Shown here one piece after another: positions 55,058-64,000 of a stretch of DNA of 64,000 bases. Origin of the DNA: Schmidtea polychroa (lineage: Eukaryota); NCBI GenBank assembly GCA_044892525.1, contig CM097885.1, positions 38,690,001 through 38,754,000 of the forward strand, given 5' to 3'. A program made the translations under genes and the position numbers. How positions within the stretch are numbered: position 1 is the first letter of the stretch; each line of letters begins with the position of its first letter. The notes beneath the pieces are model-generated. The model was given only the letters and a program-made list of their open reading frames with translations. It searched no databases and was not told where the DNA came from.

Positions 55058-58036
55058 CTGAGGAACAAATAAAAGAAAAAGTGAAAGAGTATTGGTTCAG
55101 GAAAAATGAGTGGTTCGAAAAGAAAGAACCACATACCAAAGCTAAAATAAACATGCTGAGACAAATGCGGAGTGATCAAACGGATCAGGAAGACGAGAAA
55201 AGTGAGGTGAGTAGCCTGGGAGGTGAATTATTTCAGTCAAGTGAGGAAAATAACGAACCAAAAACACCTCCAAACAGTGAAACACCTCAAAGCAGTGATG
55301 AGAGTGAAAATGATGACACGAAATCAATGATAGAAAAAGATGATGAAGAGATATTCGAGGAAATTCTCGACACAGTAACAGAAATAGAGCGAAATGAGAG
55401 CTACATCAACGAGGCAACATACAGAAAAATATTAAAACTTATAACTCAAGTATAACGGCAGCATGGAAAGATTTAGCAACAAAATATAAAGAGAAACTAA
55501 AGGAAGTAGACCCAGATCAATATCAAGTAAGTATTCAACACCCCGAGATTCAGATACAGACTATTGAATTAAAAGGAACAAATACCGATGAATTGTACAA
55601 CTGGGTACAGGAAGAAATGGGAACGAGCCATAAAAATAAACAATTATATGTCGATGGTTACAAAGTTAAATTGGGCATATATCTGGTGGATGCGATGATA
55701 TGGCCAAACGAAACTAATACCTTAACCTTAGAGAAAACCAGAGATGACGAATCGGTGGTAGAAATGTTCAAGAAAATCCAACAAGTATTTAAAAATGAAG
55801 TGGAACCAGAATTGGAAAAGATCGAACGAAAAATAATGAAAGAAAACCAAATAATCTTGGTCAAACAAGCTATCGATCAGGCAAGGAAATATATTAATAG
55901 ATTAAGAGAAAGATGGCCACAACTAATGAAACAATTCGTTAAAGAAGTACGAGACACGGGAATTATGAGATTCGAAGATAAAAGAGCGACAGAATTGATA
56001 TCAAAATACGGGGAATACGAGAGAACCAAATGCGAACAAGAAACGATAAAAATAAAGGTGAAGTTGCCAAATAAAGAGAAACAAATAATAGAAGTTAATC
56101 CCGATTACCAAGTTGACGAGTTAGTGCAAATCATAGATCAAGAAATAATCCAAAAAGCTCGAGAAAATAGTGAGGATGGAATGATCGAAGATGTGATAAT
56201 AATGTACAACCGGCACATGTTAGAAAGAGGAGACCGAACGGTAATTTACGAACTAGGAATCTGGGAAGATGGAGCCGTCATCAATATAATCGCGATGGAT
56301 GAACCATCTGGTGGCCACAAAAACGCCACTAAAACCGAGCAACAAATTAAAAGATTCCAATGGGGAATGAGAGCAAAGATGGATCGAATAATAGATATTT
56401 ATAATCATTGGCTAAAGGATGATAAACTAAAACTAGCAGCATTCAATGACAAGGATTGCAAACTGATACCTTGGAAAAAGGTGTGAATCGAAAGTGAAGC
56501 TCGATGGGATTGGGAGCAGCAAAAGTTGGAACCAAATTGGATAGATGATATACCCGAAGAGATCGCAGCAGTATGGGTAAGAGAAAAACCGATCGATACT
56601 TACCAGGATATATTGCCACAAGAATTTCAAAACGAATTACCACACGGAGAAGACGAGGAGATACGAGAACCGGTAAGGTTGGCACCATTCACGTGGAAAA
56701 TTGAGAATTGGATGGAAAAGATAAAATGAGCAAAGGAAGAAAAAATCACACGATTAGTAAGTCCACCGTTCTACTCAGGATTAGGTGAATACAAGATGAA
56801 ATTGCGAATATACCCAAATGGAAACGGGTTAGGAAAAGGAAGTTATGTGTCGGCATTCTTCATCATCTGCAAAGGGAATTATGACGACAAGGTACCATGG
56901 CCGTTTAGTAAAAAAGTAACGATAGCGATCAAGCCACTGAAAGATAACCTTAACATACATAAAGAAACAATGAAACCAGATCCAAGGAGCACCTGCTATC
57001 AACGACCGACGACATTAGAAAATATCGCTTCTGGGAGGTCTAAATTAATATGTCTGAAGAACATTGAGAATGAGCAATCAATATTTGTGAAAGACAATGC
57101 CATCCAGATCAGGGTAGAGGTGGAAACAGAAAAAGAAATGAACCAACGACTGAACATACCGGAAAACCAACCGAGAATCTGTATGATGAGAAGAGTGCCT
57201 GATTCAGGACACCTACCAATAGACGCCGACGCAGATGAGGAGGAAGCAGCAACATTGCTAGAAGCACAAAAATGTAAGGAGTTGATGGAGATATTACAAA
57301 ACGGTGCGAAAAATCGTCGACGAGCGGTAGTAGAACTAGCAAAATGGATAGCCGAATCATGCAAAAGGATTCAAAACCTACGGAAAATCGTTAAAGCGAT
57401 TGAGGAATATCGACGGGTATACGTATGGTATCCTGAGCAATTTGGTGAAATCATCCGGAAATGGAAACAACAAGAGTGGGCCGAAAACTCACCCGAGAAA
57501 TACCAACTAAAAATATTCTTGCCAGATTTTGAACCAATGGAAAAGGAATTCTACACGACAGCCAAGGTCAGGGAAGTTAAAAAGAGAATACCTTATGAAC
57601 TTCCGTTCCACTTACAACACGAGGGGCGATCATTAGACGACGATATTGAAATCGGTGTTACGCCACTCCAATGAGAAATTGTGAAAATTGCAGGGAGAGA
57701 ATTAAGGAGAAGAGAAATAAAGCAAAAATCATCTACACAACAACCAGGAAGTTTGGACACACCAGAAGTCCCAAATGCGGTTAGTGAAGTAACGATTGAA
57801 ACAACGGGAGAAGACGAAATACTAGACGAATTACAAGAGATAGTAGAAGCCGGCGAAATTATGAGGGCATCTCAATCAGGAAATCTATTTATCGACGAAG
57901 GTGAACCGACAACCGATGATCTAGGTGGATTTGTATGCGCACAAAGACAACCAGCAGAAACGACAGAAGCTGAGACGGATTTAGATAATGTAGAAAGAGG
58001 TACCAATAAAGATGTAAACACAACCGATGAATGGAG
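55000..58036 (+). pseudogene. Polyprotein extension of element A: three ubiquitin-like domains and a TRAF-C/MATH domain
   Basis: Two frameshifts (~54995, ~55450), then one frame from 55452 to 58036 with three in-frame TGA (56484, 56727, 57672). MATH at 56688-57125: FTWKIENW...SPPFYSG...YKMKLRIYPNGNGLGKGSYVSAFFIICKGNYDDKVPWPF...FVKDNAIQIRVEV. Ubl-like segments at ~55520-55735, ~56045-56290 and ~57500-57695. Confidence 0.75.
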
Positions 58037-59235
58037 TGTGGTGGTTGTGGTAATCCCATCTGGTAATTTGGCAATAGTTGCACCACTTTTCAATTGATCA
58101 TCTATTTTGTCTATTTCAATTAATATTTTACTTTGTTCAACTTCTGATTTTAAGTTACAAGTTTGCAAAAGATCTGATTTGTTCTTGAATAAATTAGACA
58201 TTTCATTGAAGAAATTTTGTTCGATTTTCTCTAAAACATTTCCACTATAATTCATTATAGAATCGGAATCCGTGAGTGACGTAAAATTTCTTCCATCGAA
58301 TTCGACTTTAATTTTTTCATATAATTTATCTGCTATAAATCGGCAATTATGACCATTTATTAATAATGCAGCAAAATGCAAGTTATCATTTCCAGAGTTC
58401 TCTACATTGAGATATTTTAGAGAATCCAGGCATTCGAATGAATCTTTGGAATAACAATAAGAATTTTTAGCTAGCGAAAAACAACCCCATTGAGGTTTTT
58501 GCATATCGTTTATTTTACTCATAAAAATATTCTGATGAATAAGTCAAATTGCAGATAAAGATATTTTTAATTTAAATTACAAAGTTTTTAATTTGAATTC
58601 CAAAATTTACACATTAAAGTAAAACAAAAATATATAATAGAAACTACATAAAAAATGCAATTATAATCAGACCAGATAAACATATTCAACAACCATTTCT
58701 CATTTACAAAATGTTAACTAAATATAATAATTTCATATAGTCCGATTATTTCTAAAGATTTTACAGCCTGCCGATTTGTCCATGAACCAATTTGACCATT
58801 GTCATTCGCATACAATATTTGAGGAAATGTATATCCTTTGCCATTCTGATTCTTTTTTGCATAATCACATTGATCAGAATTTGTAAAGACGTGTGATGGT
58901 TTGATGAAAAGATCTATTCGGGTTCATATTATTGTTAGGATTTGTTACGTATTTCGCGAATTGTAATGGATGAGGATGTAGGTCTATGGGAGCCGAATAC
59001 AGTTTATCTTGATAATGATAACATGGCATCGAATTTGCTTTACTCGTCTGAGATTGATTAATAGAGCCTGATTGATAAGTGGAAGTATTAGCTGATCGCA
59101 CGAATTTTGATTGACTGTAATTGTATTCTGCTTGGTCCCTATTCGCTGGTGACCGCGCATTTATAGATATAATATAATATAATATAGTATAATAGGTATA
59201 TAGATATTGTTAAGGCCGTGTAACGGCTCACTACA
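58037..59235 (-). repeat. 3' LTR of element B (~1.2 kb)
   Basis: Minus-strand TGTAGTG (59235) to CACCACA (58037); near-identical to 63208-64000 over the visible part. The 59235 limit is inferred from the TG start preceded by GTGGGGCTGA. Confidence 0.75.
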
Positions 59236-59449
59236 TCAGCCCCACGGGAAGTCGCGGAGCGCACAGGGACTCAAGAATAGAGATTGATGAAAGATCTACT
59301 AGAAACAAGATGTAAGTCGAAGAGTAGTGACAATTTATCAAAGGTGGATAGTGTCTAAAAAGGAAATCGGCGATTGATGAATTAATTGATCACATGGAAT
59401 AAAGTTAAGTGAATTTCAGCATCAGATGTGTCAAATTTTCATTGGAATA

Positions 59450-60586
59450 GACTGTTAAAGTTCTTGTCAGATGGGTTATATGCGTCTCTAAGTCAGGTGA
59501 TCCGATTAAAATGTCGTCTATGTATGGAACTGCGAAAGGTAGGTCCATTAAGACTTGATCAATTTACCTTTGAAAGGTCTGTGCAGAATTCCGAAGGCCA
59601 AATGGCATATGCACGTACTCGAAAAGTCCGATCGGAGTTATTACGGCTGTTTTTTCTATGTCAGACTCTGGCACAGGAATCTGATGGTACGCCTTCACGA
59701 GGTCGATTGTGGAGAAAATCTTTGTCTTTGAAAGACGGTGAAGGATATCACTAACAAGCGGCATGCTATATGAATCATGTACCGTAATAGCATTAAGGGA
59801 TCGATAGTCGCCACACGGACGGAAAGTGCCATCTTTTTTTGGGACCAGGTGCAATGGCGATGACCATGGAGCTTTAGATCTCCGAATGGTACCCTCATGT
59901 AAGAGGTTAGTGAACTCGGAACGTACAAATTCGAGTTTTTCATTTGACAGTGGTCTAATTTTGCATCTAACTGGTAAAGATGAAGTTGTGTCGATCGTGT
60001 GGCAGTAAAGCGGCTTCGAAACGTCACATATTGGCGTGTTAAAACACCTATTAATAATATCTACGGCTATTTTTGGGTGTTCGATTGTTATAACCGTTTT
60101 CGACGGAGTAGTATTTATATCGTCCGTTCCTATCCGTTGTGGATCTTCAAAGATGTTTGAAGGAATAGTGCTGCAGTTTAATTGGTTATTAATCCTTAAA
60201 GTGCGTCCACGGCAATCGACGAGTAGTTCGTTAGCGCTTAAAAAATCAGATCCTAATATGGGGATAATAACCTCTGCTATATAAAATTTCCACTCAAATA
60301 ATTGGTCGGACAGAAATGGCAACGAGAAAGCAATTGTCTTTGAACCTAAAGTCTCAACAACACTACCGTTTGCGGCCTTCAAAGAAATATCGACAGTGTT
60401 GAGGTCTGGAAGGTACTCTTTAGGTAAGATCGACAAGCTGGAGCCAGTGTCGACAAGGAATTTTAGTCTGTTGGAAGGAGACGACAATATATTAAAAGCG
60501 TTTGACTCTGCTTCTATTAAAAATAAATCTGATTTTGATGAAATTTTGCCTCCCACCTCTGCCGCTAGAAGTGGTGGCATTATAAG
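59450..60586 (-). pseudogene. pol: pol of element B: aspartic protease plus truncated reverse transcriptase
   Basis: FLVDTGSS, ILGSDFL, SPLHLVPKKDGTFRPCGDYRSLN, IDLVKAYHQIP, MPFGLRNSAQTFQR*IDQVLMDLPFAVPYIDDILI (TAA at 59564-59566; YIDD at 59513-59524). No RNase H or integrase visible. Confidence 0.9.
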
Positions 60587-60592
60587 TTTTTT
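60548..60592 (-). promoter_or_regulatory. -1 ribosomal frameshift signal between gag and pol
   Basis: A AAA AAC heptamer (60592-60586) just before the gag stop; pol is in the -1 frame; downstream hairpin CCACTTCT-AGCGGC-AGAGGTGG. Confidence 0.75.
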
Positions 60593-63096
60593 TGATTGCT
60601 TGCTTTAGGTTTTGTGTAATTAGAGCAGCCTTCGAAGCATTTTAAGGCTTTATCTCCAAACCTGTCGTGGTATATACACTTGTCAAGTATCTGACAGGAT
60701 GGTGCTTTATCTCGCCAATTGCAACCTAGATGGCAGAACCGTGCCTTGTTACGAAACTTAAAATGGAAACGGCACAGGTTCCTGGTTGCAGGGGAAGGTG
60801 AACGTTGACGAGTATTTTGCACAAAGTGTGATTTTTGGGCATATTGCCTGTCGTCATTTGTCCGCCTGGTGGACATGCTATTCTCAAGCTCGCTGATGCG
60901 TTTAGTGAGGCCTGTAATAGCGCAAAGTAAGGCTTCTTCGGTCGAAGGTTTTAAAGAAGAAGAAGAAGAAGGTAAAATTTCGGGGTTAGTGCTGCTACTT
61001 AACTGCACAGAGGAAGTTGGTTGCGGACCAAGTGGCACGACTTCGTTAATCTTGTCGGCCATCTTTGCTAGCTCTACCACGTCTGCTGTTGACGAAAGCG
61101 CTAAAATTTGTTGTGCGTGTGGCGGTAAAGCGGACAGAAAAAATTGCCTCAAGAGTTTTTGATTCGCCGCAGCCTCCGGATGTATTTGCGTTAGTTCCGC
61201 CATAGCGTGTTGCAAGAACTGTGATGGTTTTCTGCTGCCCAAAGTTTGCGTCTTAAAGTAATTAGTGAAGACGGCAGCTGTAGGTTCCTTAAAAATATCG
61301 AGGATTGCCGTACGCAATTCTTCATATGGGTTTTTTACGCTAGTAGGCGAAGTGCGAAGGATCACGGACGAAAATTTACTTAATATCGTCGGCGGAAACA
61401 ACGGCAAGATGCGACAGTATTTGTCTCGTGAACTGGTTACCTCGATTCCCTCGAGTGCTAGTTCGGTAGCTATCAGCCAAGTAAGTGGAGAGTTATTCTC
61501 ATCCAAAAAATATTGACATAAGTACGTTGATCGCTGGTTGTTGGACCTACGTTTATGTTTTGCCTGTTTGGGGTTGCTGCCTGAGTCATTCTCCGAATCG
61601 GAGGAACCGCCCGAAAGTGGCAACAAACAATGAATGACGCTGTATGGTGTCACTCCATAGTCGCCCAAGGTACGACTGTCAGAAAGGATGTTGCCGTTAT
61701 ACGACAAGAGAAAACGGCATTTGTGATTAGTCAATATGCTATAATTTTTGGAAAGACCTTTAATTGTAGTGTCTGTGTCAACTGAAACGGTTTGTGTCTT
61801 ATTTGTTCCAGGGTTTTCTATTAATATTTGGAACTTTTTGGGCCCCGGTGCGGCGCTACCCTCTCGTGTGGGCAATTTATTTAAATAATTTATAATAATT
61901 TTATATATAATATCAATAATAATATAAATCAATAATAATATAGTATAATTTAGAGATAATCGATCTAAGGTACCTGGCGGTGCTGACACGGGCATTGCTT
62001 GATTGAGTCTCGATTCGCTGGGAGACGGTTTATTAACGTGAATAAATGGCTGTCCCGGTGCACGAGAGTTTAATGTGAAAAAATCATTGTTCTGTTGCAT
62101 TAAGAATTCATTTGGATTTGGTCGAAGCATGATGCGTTGTGGGGCTGTGTATAAGACATCATTCGTTAGCAATTTGTTATTTGGTATATAATTATTGATC
62201 GGAGTCATTTTTTGACGATTTTCAACGGCAATCATCTCAGCCAATGCTTGCCGGGAAACATTAATCGAATCAAAATCTATATCGGCTGTATCTTTATATT
62301 TCTGATCGAAATGTGAATTCGGTTTCTCCGAGCCAAATATGCGATTTATATCCATTTCGCTTCGATACTCATATTGACCGTAGTTAAGCACACCGTTGTT
62401 GTTTGCCTGTTGATTGATGTTGTGATCGTATAACTGATTATTATTGTTGTTATTGTTGATTGCGGCGTGGTTTTGAGAATTTAACTGGTAGAAACTTTCC
62501 AGCAGAGAATTCGACGAACCAACTGAATTCAAACTGTTCATAAATGATTTCTGATCTGAAACGCGTGACAGGGGAGATGTGGAATTCAGTGTACTGTGGA
62601 ATTCAGTAATATCATTAACAGCTGAGCTATTGAAAGCACTGAATAGGGGAAATTCGGATTTAATATCCGATGATTCAGATTGTAATTGAATACTTTTACT
62701 GATAAATTTGAAAGACGATTTATTTATCGGGTCAGTAATTTGAAATTGACCATTTGGAATATGATTATTATCTGTGATATTTGTAGGGGTTGAAATGGAA
62801 TTACTTGATGATGTAGACTGCTGTAATTCTTTATAATACATATTTAAATCCTTACATAGAACGACTACAGGATCCAAAGAATCACGATCTGGAATTCTCT
62901 GAATTAATTTGATATACTCTTCTCGATTCGATGACAAACAGCAGGAATGAGCAATTATCAAATGATCTATCAGCCTATCAATATCATGGGATATAGGATT
63001 AAATTTTGATGAAAGTTTTAATTCAGAAAATATTTTGGAAAGCATATGGAACATATTTTGACGTAATTCCACTGTTCGTTTATGAGAAACTAACAT
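60580..63096 (-). CDS. gag: ORF1 of element B: unknown N-terminal region, hydrophobic segment, ubiquitin-like domain (LSGG), Gag with two CHCC boxes
   Basis: Ubl KFQILIE...LSYNGNILSDSRTLGDYGVTPYSVIHCLLPLSGG; Gag PYEELRTAIL...LGSRKPSQFL...FLSALPP...LAKMADKI; CRFHFKFRNKARFCHLGC and CIYHDRFGDKALKCFEGC (Cx2Hx9Cx3C). Confidence 0.85.
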   Translation of the reverse strand: MLVSHKRTVELRQNMFHMLSKIFSELKLSSKFNPISHDIDRLIDHLIIAHSCCLSSNREEYIKLIQRIPDRDSLDPVVVLCKDLNMYYKELQQSTSSSNSISTPTNITDNNHIPNGQFQITDPINKSSFKFISKSIQLQSESSDIKSEFPLFSAFNSSAVNDITEFHSTLNSTSPLSRVSDQKSFMNSLNSVGSSNSLLESFYQLNSQNHAAINNNNNNNQLYDHNINQQANNNGVLNYGQYEYRSEMDINRIFGSEKPNSHFDQKYKDTADIDFDSINVSRQALAEMIAVENRQKMTPINNYIPNNKLLTNDVLYTAPQRIMLRPNPNEFLMQQNNDFFTLNSRAPGQPFIHVNKPSPSESRLNQAMPVSAPPGTLDRLSLNYTILLLIYIIIDIIYKIIINYLNKLPTREGSAAPGPKKFQILIENPGTNKTQTVSVDTDTTIKGLSKNYSILTNHKCRFLLSYNGNILSDSRTLGDYGVTPYSVIHCLLPLSGGSSDSENDSGSNPKQAKHKRRSNNQRSTYLCQYFLDENNSPLTWLIATELALEGIEVTSSRDKYCRILPLFPPTILSKFSSVILRTSPTSVKNPYEELRTAILDIFKEPTAAVFTNYFKTQTLGSRKPSQFLQHAMAELTQIHPEAAANQKLLRQFFLSALPPHAQQILALSSTADVVELAKMADKINEVVPLGPQPTSSVQLSSSTNPEILPSSSSSLKPSTEEALLCAITGLTKRISELENSMSTRRTNDDRQYAQKSHFVQNTRQRSPSPATRNLCRFHFKFRNKARFCHLGCNWRDKAPSCQILDKCIYHDRFGDKALKCFEGCSNYTKPKASNQKNL

Positions 63097-63150
63097 AGAT
63101 TGTATTTCCTGTAATCTGGATTTAGCAATGATATTAGATAAGTTAGCCGC

Positions 63151-63693
63151 TTAGTTAGTTTCTAATTGTTCAAATCTTGAACAATGTTCTGGCACTTCTG
63201 ACACCAATGTGGTGGTTGTGGTAATCCCATCTGGTAATTTGGCAATAGTTGCACCACTTTTCAATTGATCATCTATTTTGTCTATTTCAATTAATATTTT
63301 ACTTTGTTCAACTTCTGATTTTAAGTTACAAGTTTGCAAAAGATCTGATTTGTTCTTGAATAAATTAGACATTTCATTGAAGAAATTTTGTTCGATTTTC
63401 TCTAAAACATTTCCACTATAATTCATTATAGAATCGGAATCCGTGAGTGACGTAAAATTTCTTCCATCGAATTCGACTTTAATTTTTTCATATAATTTAT
63501 CTGCTATAAATCGGCAATTATGACCATTTATTAATAATGCAGCAAAATGCAAGTTATCATTTCCAGAGTTCTCTACATTGAGATATTTTAGAGAATCCAG
63601 GCATTCGAATGAATCTTTGGAATAACAATAAGAATTTTTAGCTAGCGAAAAACAACCCCATTGAGGTTTTTGCATATCGTTTATTTTACTCAT
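63151..63693 (-). CDS. LTR-initiated ORF of element B, in frame with ORF1 (second copy from 58522 in the 3' LTR)
   Basis: ATG at 63693, 162 codons inside the LTR, crosses the LTR end and PBS; a single TAA (63151-63153) separates it from ORF1. Confidence 0.6.
   Translation of the reverse strand: MSKINDMQKPQWGCFSLAKNSYCYSKDSFECLDSLKYLNVENSGNDNLHFAALLINGHNCRFIADKLYEKIKVEFDGRNFTSLTDSDSIMNYSGNVLEKIEQNFFNEMSNLFKNKSDLLQTCNLKSEVEQSKILIEIDKIDDQLKSGATIAKLPDGITTTTTLVSEVPEHCSRFEQLETN
63193..63206 (-). promoter_or_regulatory. Primer-binding site (tRNA-Leu type)
   Basis: TGGTGTCAGAAGTG one base after the LTR-terminal CA. Confidence 0.8.
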
Positions 63694-64000
63694 AAAAATA
63701 TTCTGATGAATAAGTCAAATTGCAGATAAAGATATTTTTAATTTAAATTACAAAGTTTTTAATTTGAATTCCAAAATTTACACATTAAAGTAAAACAAAA
63801 ATATATAATAGAAACTACATAAAAAATGCAATTATAATCAGACCAGATAAACATATTCAACAACCATTTCTCATTTACAAAATGTTAACTAAATATAATA
63901 ATTTCATATAGTCCGATTATTTCTAAAGATTTTACAGCCTGCCGATTTGTCCATGAACCAATTTGACCATTGCCATTCGCATACAATATTTGAGGAAATG
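63208..64000 (-). repeat. 5' LTR of element B (partial)
   Basis: Matches 58037-58829; one substitution noticed (58802 T vs 63973 C). Confidence 0.9.

Larger units (their letters stand above)
58037..64000 (-). mobile_element. LTR retrotransposon B (Gypsy, CsRn1-like Gag), internally deleted; 5' LTR runs off the window
   Basis: Direct repeat 58037-58829 = 63208-64000 (offset 5171). Minus-strand LTR ends ...CCACA and is followed by PBS TGGTGTCAGAAGTG; gag, protease and RT lie between the copies. Confidence 0.9.

Noticed and set aside
52804..57364. Multiple antisense ORFs over element A
   Set aside because: Shadows of the purine-rich coding strand with no motifs.
59146..59157. TGGTGACCGCG as a second PBS
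   Set aside because: On the opposite strand to gag-pol and inside the inferred LTR; likely chance.

Overview
AT-rich eukaryotic genomic DNA with 41-60 nt GT-AG introns and abundant (AAT)n/(AT)n. It most resembles a triclad flatworm (planarian), which is an inference. Host genes rebuilt by hand from exons: the 3' end of a kettin/titin-like Ig-repeat muscle gene (1-6753 +), enkurin (11685-12598 -), an S1 serine protease spread over ~26 kb (16937-43096 +), and a TRAF-like RING/Zn/coiled-coil/MATH gene (47367-48974 +). Most of the rest is mobile DNA: decayed hAT, pogo and Tc1 transposons, MITEs, and a 15-kb Polinton/Maverick-type element (AGTAGT termini, 6-bp TSD GTCACC) that is almost entirely one palindrome inside a protease intron. 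The most interesting part is 49.7-64 kb, with two nested LTR retrotransposons that both carry ubiquitin-system cargo. Element A has Gag extended into a polyprotein with three ubiquitin-like domains and a canonical TRAF-C/MATH domain, punctuated by a recurring [RKQ]I[NC][ML][ML] motif that may mark protease cleavage sites. Element B is a CsRn1-like Gypsy element whose ORF1 starts inside the LTR, runs across the primer-binding site and places a ubiquitin-like domain ending in LSGG directly before Gag. All domain calls are by eye; no searches were run.
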